From NCBI GenBank assembly GCA_965242525.1, contig OZ251459.1, positions 2,137,515-2,201,514 on the forward strand: a stretch of DNA of 64,000 bases, written 5' to 3'. A program made the position numbers and the translations under genes. Of the stretch, positions 31,980 through 44,022 are shown in pieces. The notes beneath the pieces are model-generated. The model saw only the letters and a program-made list of their open reading frames with translations, made no database searches and was not told the DNA's origin. This DNA is from an uncultured Candidatus Binatia bacterium. Its GTDB lineage: Bacteria; Desulfobacterota; Binatia; UBA9968; JAJDTQ01. Each line of letters opens with the position of its first letter. Position 1 is the first letter of the stretch.

Positions 31980-31997
31980 CCCGGTGTCCCGCCTCCG

Positions 31998-32720
31998 CTA
32001 CAGGCTGAACCCCTCGCCCAGATAGACCTTGCGGGCCTCGTCGCTGGAAGCGATGTGGCCCGGGGTCCCCTCGGCGAGCACCACCCCCCGGCTCAGGATG
32101 TAGGCCCGGGTGCAGAGCCGGAGGGTCTCCCTGACGTTATGGTCCGTGATGAGTATGCCGATGCCGGACTCGGTGAGCCGCCGGATGACCGACTCGATGT
32201 CCGCCAGGGCGATGGGGTCCACCCCGGTGAAGGGCTCGTCCAGGAGCACGAAGAAAGGCGACAGCACCAGCGCCCGGGCGATTTCCACGCGCCGCCGCTC
32301 GCCGCCGGACAGGGTGTCGGCCCTCCGGTCGGCCAAGTGGACGAGGCCGAACGTCCCCAGGAGCCGGCGGCTCCGTTCCTCCTCCTCTTCCTTGCCGAGC
32401 CGCAGGGTCTCCAGTATGGCCAACAGGTTCTGCCTGACCGTCAGGCCCCGGAACACCGAAGACTCCTGGGGCAGGTAGCTGATGCCGGCCCTGGCCCGAC
32501 GGTAGATGGGCGCCGCGGTCAGGTCGGTCCCGTTGAGGGCGACCTTCCCTTCGTCGGCCCGGACCAGGCCGATCACGATGTGGAACAGGGTGGTCTTGCC
32601 CGCCCCGTTGGGACCCAGGAGCCCCACGACCTCGCCACCGTGGACCTCCAGCGTGACCCGGTCCACCACACGCCGCCCCTGATATGCCTTGACGATTCCT
32701 TCCGCGTTGAGAACGCTCAT
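31998..32720 (-). CDS. lptB: lipopolysaccharide export ABC ATPase LptB
   Basis: Walker A 'GPNGAGKTT', signature 'LSGGERRRVEIARAL', and position in the lptCAB-rpoN arrangement. Confidence 0.9.
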   Translation of the reverse strand: MSVLNAEGIVKAYQGRRVVDRVTLEVHGGEVVGLLGPNGAGKTTLFHIVIGLVRADEGKVALNGTDLTAAPIYRRARAGISYLPQESSVFRGLTVRQNLLAILETLRLGKEEEEERSRRLLGTFGLVHLADRRADTLSGGERRRVEIARALVLSPFFVLLDEPFTGVDPIALADIESVIRRLTESGIGILITDHNVRETLRLCTRAYILSRGVVLAEGTPGHIASSDEARKVYLGEGFSL

Positions 32721-32741
32721 GGGGGAGCTACCCGGCGGGCC

Positions 32742-33326
32742 TCAACGGTTCCACTGGCCGGGAAAGATGACCGCCTTGACCCGTCCGCCGCGGTTCTCGA
32801 CGACGCTGCGGTCCTCTTTCAGGTAGATGGTGACGCGGCCGCCCGAGACGCTGTTGTCGCCGTCGCGCATGACCGTGTTCCCGGACACGGTGATGGTCTC
32901 GTTCGAGTCGTCGAAAACCGCCTTGTCGCCGGTCATCTCGCGGGCGCCCTGGCTCACCCGCACCTTCCCTTCGGCCACCACGGTCTTCAACGATCCGTCC
33001 CCGGGGTCGTAGCGCGCCGACAGGACGTCGCTGCGGATCTTCACGTCGCCCCGCTCCGCCAGCACGTTCCCCCTATAGACGATGAGGTTCTCCTTGCGGC
33101 GGAGCTCCATGCGGTCCGCGGTGATCACCAGGGGCGACTCCCGGTCCGGGGCGGCGCGGCCCGGGGCCGGCTTCGGGGCGTCCGGGCCGTCGTCCGCGGC
33201 CCAGCCCGCGGGACCCGCGGCGTGGAGCGCAACCAGCACCGCAAGACACGCCAACCGCCATCGCCGTCCCGGGCCGGACGGCTTCCCGTGAGGGACCTCC
33301 GTTCCGTGAGTCGTGGGGCGCTTCAT
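32742..33326 (-). CDS. lptA: LPS transport periplasmic protein LptA (OstA-like)
   Basis: Signal peptide plus OstA-like beta-jellyroll. Synteny between lptC and lptB. Confidence 0.7.
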   Translation of the reverse strand: MKRPTTHGTEVPHGKPSGPGRRWRLACLAVLVALHAAGPAGWAADDGPDAPKPAPGRAAPDRESPLVITADRMELRRKENLIVYRGNVLAERGDVKIRSDVLSARYDPGDGSLKTVVAEGKVRVSQGAREMTGDKAVFDDSNETITVSGNTVMRDGDNSVSGGRVTIYLKEDRSVVENRGGRVKAVIFPGQWNR

Positions 33327-33348
33327 GGAGCCGTACCCGGTCCTCCGG

Positions 33349-33942
33349 TCAACTCCCGGCCACGTTCGCCAGGACCGGGCGCCGCGGCGGAAGGGTGGTC
33401 CTGACCGCGCCCCGGACCTCCAGGACCTCGTCCCGGAGCGAATAGCTCATGTCCCGGCCCTCGAACTCCACCCCGTCCACCCTGGCCCGGAACTTGCCGG
33501 GGCAGACCACCCGCTCCTCGGCGTGGAGGTAGATGAGCCGGTCGGCCCGGAACCGCGCGTTGTCGTAGGTCACGTCCACCGGACCTTCCAGCACCGCCCG
33601 TCCCAGTCGGCCGCGGGGAAGGAACACTTTCCCCTCCGGGCTCGCGGCTTCCAGGGTCTTGCCGTCCGGATGGTGGAACACCAGTTCCGGGCGCACGATC
33701 ACCGCCCTTTCCTCGGACTCGTACCAGGCGCCTTCGGCGCCCTTGACCTCCCAGGTCTTCCGTCCGTCCTCGATCATGCTCCGATGGAAGTCCTTGACGT
33801 GCAGGGCCGCTCCCGGGGTGAGTTGCAACAGGGCCCGGGGATCCGGAAGCGCCTGCCCCCGCATGTGCCGCGCGACCTCGACGACCACGAAGGCCACGCC
33901 CAGAGCCGTGGCCAGCAAGAGTCCTGTCCTTACGGACCGCAT
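33349..33942 (-). CDS. lptC: LPS export system protein LptC
   Basis: 197 aa from 'MRSVRTGLLLATALG' (N-terminal TM anchor). Synteny upstream of lptA. Confidence 0.6.
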   Translation of the reverse strand: MRSVRTGLLLATALGVAFVVVEVARHMRGQALPDPRALLQLTPGAALHVKDFHRSMIEDGRKTWEVKGAEGAWYESEERAVIVRPELVFHHPDGKTLEAASPEGKVFLPRGRLGRAVLEGPVDVTYDNARFRADRLIYLHAEERVVCPGKFRARVDGVEFEGRDMSYSLRDEVLEVRGAVRTTLPPRRPVLANVAGS

Positions 33943-34085
33943 ACGTTCGACCTGCGGGCATTCCCCCGCACGACGCCCTGCCGGTTTCGGGATAACAGTT
34001 CCGCGGTGGAGTGTAAAGCAACGGGCATGGGAACGGGCATGGAATTTGCTTGAACGCCCCGGGTCCGCGGGCGGCGCCCGGGGGG

Positions 34086-35072
34086 TCAGACCACGCCGGC
34101 CTTGAGGAGGTCGTGGAGGTGGATGATCCCCTGGGGCCGGTCCGAGTCGGGAGCCTTGACGAAGAGGGAGGTGATGGAGAACCTTTCCATCAACGCCACC
34201 GCTTCCGCGGCCAGCGCCTCGCCGCCGATGGTCTTGGGGTCCCGGGTCATGATCTCCCCGGCCGTGCAGTCGAGGACGTCCGCCTTGCCGCCGCTCCGAG
34301 CGAGGCAGCGTCTCAGGTCCCCGTCGGTGATGATCCCCGCCAGCGCGCGGTTTCGGGTCACGACCCCGGTGACCCCCAGGCGCTTGGACGTGATCTCCAG
34401 CAGCACGTCCCTGAGCGGCGTGTCTTCGCCGACCAGGGGTATTTCCTCGCCCCGATGCATCAGGTCCCCGGTGCGAAGGAGCAGCTTCCGGCCCAACGCG
34501 CCGCCGGGGTGCCGGAGCAGGAAGTCCTCCTTCCCGAACCCCCGGCGCTCCAGCAGCACCACCGCAAGGGCGTCCCCCATGGCCAGGGCCGCGGTAGTGC
34601 TCGCGGTGGGCGACAGCCCCAGGGGGCAGGCTTCCTCGGGGACCCCCACGTCCAGGACCACGTCCGCGGCCAAGGCCAGGGCCGAACGTCCGTTGCCGGT
34701 CATGGCGATGAGCTTGAGTCCCCAACGCTTGACGAAGGGCAGGACCTTCAGCACCTCTTCGGACTCGCCGCTGTTGGACACCGCCAGGACCACGTCGTCC
34801 CGCATGATCATGCCCAGGTCCCCGTGGCTGGCTTCCCCGGCGTGGAGGAAGAAGGCGGGGGCGCCGGTGCTCGCCAGCGTGGCGGCGATCTTGCGGCAGA
34901 CGAGGCCCGACTTGCCCACGCCCGTCACGATGACCTTGCCGGGACAGCCGCGGAGGATCTCCACCGCCCGGGCGAACTCTTCGCCCATGCGGTCCCTGGC
35001 CGCGGCGATCCCGCGGATCTCCATGTCCAGCACGTCACGGGCCTTGCGGACCGCGTCCGGCGCCCCGCCCAT
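34086..35072 (-). CDS. kdsD: arabinose-5-phosphate isomerase (KpsF/GutQ family; SIS + tandem CBS)
   Basis: 'VIVTGVGKSGLVCRKIAATLASTGAPAFFLHAGEASHGDLGMI' SIS domain and C-terminal CBS pair. Confidence 0.85.
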   Translation of the reverse strand: MGGAPDAVRKARDVLDMEIRGIAAARDRMGEEFARAVEILRGCPGKVIVTGVGKSGLVCRKIAATLASTGAPAFFLHAGEASHGDLGMIMRDDVVLAVSNSGESEEVLKVLPFVKRWGLKLIAMTGNGRSALALAADVVLDVGVPEEACPLGLSPTASTTAALAMGDALAVVLLERRGFGKEDFLLRHPGGALGRKLLLRTGDLMHRGEEIPLVGEDTPLRDVLLEITSKRLGVTGVVTRNRALAGIITDGDLRRCLARSGGKADVLDCTAGEIMTRDPKTIGGEALAAEAVALMERFSITSLFVKAPDSDRPQGIIHLHDLLKAGVV

Positions 35073-35073
35073 G

Positions 35074-35906
35074 TCATCCGCTCCCGTGTTGCTTGACCCG
35101 GCGGTCGATGTCCTTGACGGTCCGCAGCAACTCGTCCAGGCCGGACAGGGGGAAGGAGGTGGGGCCGTCGCTCAGCGCCCGATCCGGGTCTTCGTGCACT
35201 TCCATGAAGAGGCCGTCCACCCCCACCGCCACCCCCGCCCGGGCGAGGGGCGCGATGAACCGCCGGTCGCCGCCCGACGCCCGGCCCAGGCCGCCGGGAA
35301 GCTGCAAGCTGTGGGTTGCGTCGAAGACCACCGGGAAACCCGTGTCCCGCATGATGACCAGCGAGCGCATGTCCGACACCAGGTTGTTGTAGCCGAAGGA
35401 GGCCCCGCGCTCGGTCAGCAGCACGTTGGCGTTGCCCGCGGCCACGATCTTGGCCGCCACGTTCTCCACGTCCCAGGGAGCGAGGAACTGGCCCTTCTTC
35501 ACGTTGACGACCTTGGCGGCCCGGGCCACTCCCGCGACGAAGTCGGTCTGCCGGCAGAGGAACGCGGGGATCTGGACCACGTCCGCCACTTCCGCGGCCG
35601 GCCCCACCTGGTCGGGCTCGTGCACGTCCGTGAGCACCGGGACCCCCAACTCCCGCTTCACCTCCTGCAGTATGCGCAACCCTTCGTCGAGGCCCGGACC
35701 CCGGAACGATTCCAGCGAAGTGCGGTTGGCCTTGTCGTAGGACGACTTGTAGATGAACGGGATGTCCAGGCGCCGGGTCAGCTCGCGCAGGTACGACGCG
35801 TGCCGGAACGCCGAGTCCCGGTCCTCGATGACGCACGAACCGGCGATCAGGGCCAGCGGCCGGCCGCCGCCCACCCGGACCTCGCCGATGCGGACCTCGC
35901 CGGCGC

Positions 35907-35910
<4 letters not shown>
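35074..35910 (-). CDS. kdsA: 3-deoxy-8-phosphooctulonate (KDO8P) synthase
   Basis: 'LIAGSCVIE', '[14 protein letters not shown]', '[11 protein letters not shown]' KdsA motifs. Start 'MSAGEVRIG' overlaps the pyrG stop (ATGA). Confidence 0.9.
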
Positions 35911-37557
<1,647 letters not shown>

Positions 37558-37574
<17 letters not shown>

Positions 37575-38313
37575 TCGCCCGGACTCGGCTCCAGTAGGCC
37601 TCCGCCCGTTCCAGGTCCTCCGGCGTATCGACTTCCACCCCCGTCTCCGCGGCGTCCACGACCCGGATGCGGAAACCGTAGTGCAGGACGCGCAACTGCT
37701 CCAACCCCTCGGCCAGCTCCGCCGCCGCCGCGGGCATGGAGGCGATGCGCAGCAGGAACTCCCGCCGATAGACGTAGATGCCCAGGTGGCGATGGCCCCA
37801 GCATACGGGCTCCGCGGGCGGCGTCCGGGGCCAGGGGATCGGCGCCCGGGAGAAATAGCACGCGAAGCCGTCCCGGTCGGTCACCACCTTGACCACGTTC
37901 ACGTCGCGGAACTCGCGCTCCGAGGCGATGGGGGTGCGCGCGGTCGCCATGGGCGCGGCCGGGTCCCGCACCAGGCAATCGACGCTCTCGCGGATGGTCT
38001 CCGTCCGAATGAACGGAAGGTCCCCCTGGACGTTGACGATCCACTCCGCCCGGAGGTCTCCGGCGACCTCGGCCAGGCGGTCGGTGCCGCTCGCGTGGTC
38101 CCCGGATGTCATTACCGCCTCTCCGCCAAAGCCCCGCACCGCGTCCAGGATGCGCGGGTCGTCGGTGGCCACCAGGGTGCGGCGGACCAGGGGCGCGTTG
38201 GCCGTGCTCTCGTACACGTGCTGGATCATCGGCTTGGCGCCGATCCTGGCCAGGGGTTTTCCGGGGAACCGCGTCGATCCGTAACGCGCCGGTATGATCG
38301 CTACGACGGACAT
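37558..38313 (-). CDS. kdsB: 3-deoxy-manno-octulosonate cytidylyltransferase
   Basis: '[18 protein letters not shown]' KdsB N-terminus. Start is taken at 'MSVVAII'. Confidence 0.85.
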
Positions 38314-38415
38314 GGGGTTCGACGCGACGGCAGGCAGCGAGGGGACGCCCCGACGCCGGATACGCCGATGGTCCGCGGCATCATATCCCCGGCCCGTGGA
38401 AACTGTCAAACCGAA

Positions 38416-38580
38416 GGAGCCGGTAACGACCGAGACATCCGGGATGGATCCCCTCCCCCTGGCCTTCCTGTCCCCGTTCGTCCTGACACTCCTATTCCCG
38501 TTCGTCCTGAGCGTAGCGAAGCGAAGTCGAAGGACGCGCTCATGCCCCCTGTCCCGATTGTCAAGAGGTTTCCGAAGTCC
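38416..38580 (-). repeat. MITE-like element family A copy (inverted orientation, two internal units)
   Basis: 'ccccgttcgtcctgacactcctattcccgttcgtcctgagcgtagcgaagcgaagtcgaaggacgcgctcatg' is the reverse complement of the 25.6-kb copy core. It lies between the kdsB start and the zinc-ribbon gene. Confidence 0.65.
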
Positions 38581-38733
38581 GCCCGGAGGTCCGGGCGCGG
38601 GGAATCAACTTGATTTCGACGCGGATTTTCTATATCGTGCCGCCATCCGTCAACTTGCCGGGTGGCGCGGGGGCGGGGCGGTTTGCAAAGACTCCCGTGC
38701 ATGGTCGGCGCGCGCTGCCAAGGAGGAGTGGAG

Positions 38734-38916
38734 ATGGAATTGCCGAAATGTCAGAAATGCGGCAATGGCACGTTGATCCCCCTGTCGGACTATGGCCAGG
38801 ACGGCGCTTCCGTGATGTACAAGGCCTGGGTCTGCACCATGCCTGATTGCGGGTTCTCCCTCAGGATAGACAAGGGCGAGGTCAGCTTCGGGCGCAAGAT
38901 CGACCTGAAGCGCTAG
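38734..38916 (+). CDS. small zinc-ribbon protein (two CxxC pairs)
   Basis: 'MELPKCQKCGNGT...VCTMPDCGF'. AGGAGG sits 7 nt upstream of ATG 38734. Confidence 0.4.
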   Translation: MELPKCQKCGNGTLIPLSDYGQDGASVMYKAWVCTMPDCGFSLRIDKGEVSFGRKIDLKR

Positions 38917-38976
38917 TGCGGGACGGCGCGCCGGACGGGGGCGCCCCGCGGCGCCGAACCGTCAGCACCCGGATCG

Positions 38977-39699
38977 TCAGCCCTTGTCCCGGCTCGCGAA
39001 GAAGTTCGCCAACCGCGTAACCCCGTACTGCGCCGCGGCGCCGGTGGACCACTCCGCGGTGTCCCGGAAGAACGCCTTGGCGGCCCGGAGGCCCTGTAGG
39101 TCGCGGCTCGCCAGGGTCTCCATCCAGCGCCGCTTCTCCTCCGCCAGCCGCTCCGGCGGCGCCACCCGGTTCACCAGGCCTTGCCGCTCGGCCTCCTGTG
39201 CGCTGACCTCGCCTCCGGTCAGGACCAGTTCCAGGGCCTTCTTCCGGTGCATCCATCGGCTCAGGTAGGACATGACCACGGTGGGCGGGAACCCGGCGCG
39301 GATCTCCGGGAACGCGAACCTCGCGTCGTCCGCGGCAAGTGTCACGTCGCTCTGCACCGCCAGTCCGCAGCCGAACCCGAAGGCCTTGCCCCGGACCACC
39401 GCCAGGCTGACGCCCGGGAACGATTGCAGCAACTCGTTGACGCGGACGATCCGACCGAGGGCTTCCGCCCACTGGGCGGCGTTTTCGGGCCTGGGCGCGT
39501 CCGGCTCGCGCCCGGAGCAGAAGTGGTCTCCCCTCCCCTCGATGACCAGGAGCCGGAGCCCCTTGTCCGCGGCCGCCTCGGCCAGGCTCTCCGTCAGCAG
39601 GGCCATGGTCTCGGAGTCCACCGCGTTGCCCTCGTCCGGACGGTTCAGAGTGAGGCTCGCCGCGTCGCCCGTCTTCTCCAGGATCACCTTGTCGGACAT
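38977..39699 (-). CDS. enoyl-CoA hydratase/isomerase (crotonase) family protein
   Basis: 240 aa with 'LLVIEGRGDHFCSGRE' and 'AVVRGKAFGFGCGLA' oxyanion-hole regions. Confidence 0.8.
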   Translation of the reverse strand: MSDKVILEKTGDAASLTLNRPDEGNAVDSETMALLTESLAEAAADKGLRLLVIEGRGDHFCSGREPDAPRPENAAQWAEALGRIVRVNELLQSFPGVSLAVVRGKAFGFGCGLAVQSDVTLAADDARFAFPEIRAGFPPTVVMSYLSRWMHRKKALELVLTGGEVSAQEAERQGLVNRVAPPERLAEEKRRWMETLASRDLQGLRAAKAFFRDTAEWSTGAAAQYGVTRLANFFASRDKG

Positions 39700-39710
39700 G
39701 GGGGGTCTCC

Positions 39711-42143
39711 CTATCCGGCCGCGCCGCGGCTCGCGCCCCGGGCCTCCCGGATGAGCGACCAGAGGTACTGCGGCGTGAGCGGGAGGCGGCGGACGGCGAC
39801 GCCCAGGGGCTTGAGCGCGTCCTCCACCGCGTTGGCCAGCACCGCGGGCGGCCCCACCGTGCCGGTCTCGCCGGCGCCCTTGAAGCCTCCGGGCGTGAAG
39901 GGGTTGGGGGTCTCGATGTGCTCCAGCACCAGCTCGGGGATCTCCATGGCCGTGGGCAGGAAATAGTCCTTGAAGCTCGCCGCCATGGGCTGGCCCTCTT
40001 CCGTGTAGGGCAACTCCTCGTAGAGCGCCCCGCCGAAACCGTGGGCCAGGGCGCCCACGTGCTGGCCCCTCACGATGAGCGGGTTCAGCATGTTGCCGCA
40101 GTCGTGGACGGAGACGAACTTCAATATCTTCAACAGGCCGGTGTCCGGCTCCACTTCCACCGCCGCGGCTTCGGCGTCGTAGGGGAAGCTGCTGAACATG
40201 GCCACGCGGCCGCGCTCGTCCGCCTCGAACTCGATGTTGGGGTCGCGGAAGTGGTACAGCACCTCCAGCCCCGGGTCCATGCCCTCGGGCAACTGGAACG
40301 GGTAGAAATAGGCGGTGCGGGCGACCTCCGACAGGGACACGGCCCGGTCCGGGCGGCCTTCGACGCACACCCCGCCGGCGGAGAACTCCAGGCCGCCCGG
40401 AGGATGCCGCAGCATGACCGAAGCGATCCCGGTGATCTTCTCCCGCAGCGCCCGCGCGGCCAGGGTCACCGCGGTGGTCCCCACCACGGAGAAGCGGCTG
40501 GAGTACGAGCCGGAGCCGTAGGGACAGGCGAGGCTGTCCCCCTCCACCACCATGACGTCGTGGAAGGAGACCCGGAGCTCGTCCCCCACGAGCTGGGAGA
40601 TGGAGGTGGCGTGGCCCTGGCCGTCGTCGCTGCCGCTCGGGAACACGTAAACCCTGCCGTTGGGGTCCATGCGCATGCGGACGCTGTAGTAGCCCGCGTT
40701 GTAGGAACCCATGCGGGTGGAGCTCGACGGCTCGATGACCAGGCAGGTCCCGACGCCCACGTAGCGCCCCCGGGCCGCGAGCTCCGCCCGGACCTTGCGC
40801 CAGTGGTCGTAGTCCAGCAGCTCCAGCGCCTTGTCCAACGCTTCCCGGTAGCGGCCGCTGTCGTAGCGCGGGCCGGTGACGGAGCGGTAGGGGAAGGCGT
40901 CCGGGGGGATGAAGTTGCGCCGCCGCACCTCCACCGGATCCATGTCCAGGCGCGCGGCGATGCGGTCCACCAGCCGTTCGATGACGAAGCAGGCTTCCGA
41001 CTTCCCGAAGCCCCGGTGCGCGCCGTAGGGGGTCTTGTTGGTGACCACCCCCAGCACCTCCCCCTGGTAGTTCTCGATGCGGTAGGCGCCGGGCACGAAC
41101 ATGCCGGTGGTGACGATGGAGGCCAGGCCGCCGGTGGGATAGGCGGCGCCGATGTTGGCCACGATCCGGTCCTTCACCCCGAGTATGGCGCCGTCCCGGC
41201 GCACCGCGGCCTCGATGTGGTGGGTCTGCTCCCGGGCGTGGATGGTGCCGGTCATGTGCTCGCTCCGGGTCTCCACCCACTTGACCGGACGGTGGGTGAG
41301 GATGGACAGCAGCGGCAGCAGGATCTCCTCCGGGTAGAACGCCCACTTCTGCCCGTAACCGCCGCCGATGCGCCGGAACATCACGTGGACCTTCAGGTCC
41401 GGGAGCGCGATGGTGTTCTCGATCAGCGTTCCGATGACGTGCCCGATCTGGGTGGTGCTCCACACCCTCAGCGTCTTGCCGCCGGCGTCGTAGCTGGCCG
41501 CCACCGCCCGGGTCTCGATGGGCGTGCCGGTGAAGCGGCCGCTGTGGATCTCTTCCCGGACGATGACGTCCGCCTCCCGGAACGCGGCCTCCACGTCCCC
41601 GCCGGACACGCGGAACGTCAGCATGACGTTGTCGTCCCAGTCCTCGTACAGGCGCTCGGCTTGGGGCTCCAGGGCCGCGGCGGAATCCACCACCGGCGGC
41701 AGGGGCTCCAGGTCCACCTCCACCAGGTCCAGGGCGTCCTCCGCCACGTAACGGTCCACCGCGGCCACCGCGGCCACGGGCTCGCCCACGAACCGCACCT
41801 TGTCCCAGGCGAGGCAGTAGTGGTCGAAGAACTTGATGGTGGGGTTGCCCCGGCGGAACGGGTCTCGGCTCTGGAACGGGAAGGGCGACAGCGGGTTGAC
41901 GTAACCGAGCCGCCGCACCTGCTCGCCGGTCAGGCCCGCCACCACGCCGGGCAACTCCAGCGCCCGGGAGAGGTCCACTCGCCGTATCCTCGCGTGGGCG
42001 GCCGGACTCCGATAGACGGCCACGTGGAGCATGTCCGGCAGGTCCACGTCGAAGGTGTAACGGGCCTCGCCCCGGAGGATGTCCGGGTCTTCCTTGCGCA
42101 CCAGGGGTTGGCCCACGAGGGGCGGGCGCTCTGCGGAGCTCAT
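39711..42143 (-). CDS. xanthine dehydrogenase/aldehyde oxidase-family molybdopterin-binding large subunit
   Basis: 810 aa from 'MSSAERPPLVGQPLVRKEDP', with 'RIGGGYGQK'. The CODH form I/II active-site loop was not seen, so it is not called coxL. Confidence 0.8.
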   Translation of the reverse strand: MSSAERPPLVGQPLVRKEDPDILRGEARYTFDVDLPDMLHVAVYRSPAAHARIRRVDLSRALELPGVVAGLTGEQVRRLGYVNPLSPFPFQSRDPFRRGNPTIKFFDHYCLAWDKVRFVGEPVAAVAAVDRYVAEDALDLVEVDLEPLPPVVDSAAALEPQAERLYEDWDDNVMLTFRVSGGDVEAAFREADVIVREEIHSGRFTGTPIETRAVAASYDAGGKTLRVWSTTQIGHVIGTLIENTIALPDLKVHVMFRRIGGGYGQKWAFYPEEILLPLLSILTHRPVKWVETRSEHMTGTIHAREQTHHIEAAVRRDGAILGVKDRIVANIGAAYPTGGLASIVTTGMFVPGAYRIENYQGEVLGVVTNKTPYGAHRGFGKSEACFVIERLVDRIAARLDMDPVEVRRRNFIPPDAFPYRSVTGPRYDSGRYREALDKALELLDYDHWRKVRAELAARGRYVGVGTCLVIEPSSSTRMGSYNAGYYSVRMRMDPNGRVYVFPSGSDDGQGHATSISQLVGDELRVSFHDVMVVEGDSLACPYGSGSYSSRFSVVGTTAVTLAARALREKITGIASVMLRHPPGGLEFSAGGVCVEGRPDRAVSLSEVARTAYFYPFQLPEGMDPGLEVLYHFRDPNIEFEADERGRVAMFSSFPYDAEAAAVEVEPDTGLLKILKFVSVHDCGNMLNPLIVRGQHVGALAHGFGGALYEELPYTEEGQPMAASFKDYFLPTAMEIPELVLEHIETPNPFTPGGFKGAGETGTVGPPAVLANAVEDALKPLGVAVRRLPLTPQYLWSLIREARGASRGAAG

Positions 42144-42637
42144 GGAGTCCCTCCCTCGCCGCCGGCCTTCCGCCCCCGGGCCGCGGCCTCCACCGCTTCC
42201 ACCACCGGCAGGTATCCGGTGCAGCGGCACAGGTTGCCGATGATCCCCCGGCGTATCTCGTCCCGGGAGGGGTTCGGGTTCCGGGCGAGCAGCGCATGGG
42301 CGGACATGACCATGCCGGAAGTGCAGAAGCCGCACTGGAGCGCGTGGGCCTCCTGGAACGCGGCCTGCAGGGGATGGAGCCCGCCTTCCGCGGCAAGGCC
42401 CTCGATGGTGGTGAGCTCGCGCCCGTCCGCCTGCACCGCCAGGAAGGTGCAGGACTTGGCGCTCCTGCCGTCCATCACCACCGTGCACGAGCCGCAGTTG
42501 CTGGTGTCGCACCCGTAGCGCGTGCCCTTGAGGCCGATGACGTCCCGGACGTAGTCCACCAGCAGCATGCGCGGCTCGGCCTCGCCCTGGTGGAGCCTTC
42601 CGTTGACCGTGACCGAGATCTTCCGCCTAGCGGACAT
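42140..42637 (-). CDS. (2Fe-2S)-binding small subunit of XDH-family oxidoreductase
   Basis: 'CDTSNCGSCTV' and 'CGFCTSGMVM...CRCTGY' cysteine clusters. Confidence 0.9.
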   Translation of the reverse strand: MSARRKISVTVNGRLHQGEAEPRMLLVDYVRDVIGLKGTRYGCDTSNCGSCTVVMDGRSAKSCTFLAVQADGRELTTIEGLAAEGGLHPLQAAFQEAHALQCGFCTSGMVMSAHALLARNPNPSRDEIRRGIIGNLCRCTGYLPVVEAVEAAARGRKAGGEGGTP

Positions 42638-43529
42638 GCCCTCCCTCCACCGTTTCGCCTCGATGGCGCCGCAGGGCCACGTCCACCGCCTTCCGGAACA
42701 ACGCGCCGCATACGGCCCGCTTGTAGTCGCTCGAACCGCGGACGTCGGCCAGGGGGCTCGCGGCGTCGCGGACCTGTTGGGCCGCGGCCTCCACCACGTC
42801 CGGGTCCATGCCCTGGCCCCGGAGGGTCTCCTCGGCCGCGGTCGCCCGGATGGGCGTGAGTCCGGCCGCGCCCAGGGCCACGCCGGCGTCCCGGCAGCGC
42901 CCGGACTCGTCCAGGCCGAGCTGGACCGCCACGCTGGCCACCGCGAAATCCCCGGCCCGACGCTCCAGCTTGAGGTAGGCGCCCGCGCTGCCGGCCGGCG
43001 GCAAAGGCGCCCGGACTTCCGTAATCAACTCGTCGTCGGCCAGGACCGTGGTGTAGGCATCCACGAAGAACTCCCCGGCGTCCACCACCCGGCTCCCGCG
43101 CGGTCCGACGCACACCACCTGCCCCCGCAGGGCCTGCACCACCGGACCCCAGTCCCCCGCGGGGTCTGCTTCGGCCAACGCCCCGCCCAGGGTCCCCCAA
43201 CCCCTCACCTGGGCGTCGCCGATGACTCCCGCGGCCTCGGCCATCAACCCCAGCTTCTCGCGGACCACGGGGGACGCGCCCACCTGCGCGTGCGTGGCCA
43301 GGGCGCCCACCAGCAGGAGGCCCGCGGCCTCGTCTTCCCGCACGTGCGCCAGCCCGGGAACCCGTCCGATGTCGATGACCCGGGTCGGCCGGACCAGCCG
43401 CAGCTTCATGAGCGGCACCAGGCTCTGCCCGCCGGACAGCAGCTTGGCCCCTTCTCCCGAACCCTGGAGCAGGTCGATGGCGTGTTCCACAGAATCGGCG
43501 ACGGCGTAGTCGAAGGAGGCGGGGTACAT
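42627..43529 (-). CDS. FAD-binding (CO dehydrogenase flavoprotein-like) medium subunit
   Basis: 'FDYAVADSVEHAIDLLQGSGEGAKLLSGGQSLVPLMKLRL' FAD-binding PCMH fold. Confidence 0.85.
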   Translation of the reverse strand: MYPASFDYAVADSVEHAIDLLQGSGEGAKLLSGGQSLVPLMKLRLVRPTRVIDIGRVPGLAHVREDEAAGLLLVGALATHAQVGASPVVREKLGLMAEAAGVIGDAQVRGWGTLGGALAEADPAGDWGPVVQALRGQVVCVGPRGSRVVDAGEFFVDAYTTVLADDELITEVRAPLPPAGSAGAYLKLERRAGDFAVASVAVQLGLDESGRCRDAGVALGAAGLTPIRATAAEETLRGQGMDPDVVEAAAQQVRDAASPLADVRGSSDYKRAVCGALFRKAVDVALRRHRGETVEGGHVR

Positions 43530-43752
43530 GGTGCGAGGACCTGACGTGAGAGACGCGACGTTGATAGCCCAACGCTACCCGTGAGTCAAACCAGGCAGGC
43601 GCAGGCCACGGAGAAAGACGCCTTCCATTGCGAACATGGTGACCGGCATCCTCCGTCCACCGGCTCGACCGGGACAGGAAGACGTGCTAAGCAGGAACCT
43701 GCGGTGGCGGGATGGACCGGGCGGGCCGTCATCGTGAGGAGGCCGAACATTC

Positions 43753-44022
43753 ATGGAAAACATGGAAGACAGAGAGCTATTGAAACGCATCGAATTGAAT
43801 CCAGGGGTGATGGGAGGGAAGGCCGTCATCAAGGGCACACGTTTGACGGTGGAACACATCCTCAACCTGCTCGCCCACGGCGAGACCGTTGAAAAGATCA
43901 CGGCGGAGTACGACGGAATCGCCCAAGAAGACGTTTTGGCCTGCGTCCTGTTTGCCGCGAAAGCCCTGGGGGACACCACCTTCGCACCGTTGGCTGCAGA
44001 GACGCCTGGATGCGGTTCCTGA
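43753..44022 (+). CDS. DUF433-family antitoxin-like protein
   Basis: 'NPGVMGGKAVIKGTRLTVEHILNLLAHGETVEKITAEYDGIAQEDVLA' is the DUF433 signature. Confidence 0.6.
   Translation: MENMEDRELLKRIELNPGVMGGKAVIKGTRLTVEHILNLLAHGETVEKITAEYDGIAQEDVLACVLFAAKALGDTTFAPLAAETPGCGS

Noticed and set aside
30603-33404. 933-aa plus-strand ORF
   Set aside because: It is antisense to rpoN-lptB-lptA. It is a GC-bias artefact.
33943-34085. GC-rich palindrome ccccggg...cccgggg between kdsD and lptC as a terminator
   Set aside because: There is no following T/U tract in the transcribed (minus) direction, and the genes are likely co-transcribed.
39711-42143. Calling the molybdoenzyme large subunit aerobic CO dehydrogenase (coxL)
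   Set aside because: The CODH form I (VAYRCSFR) and form II (AYRGAGR) active-site loops were not found. It is kept as a generic XDH-family subunit.
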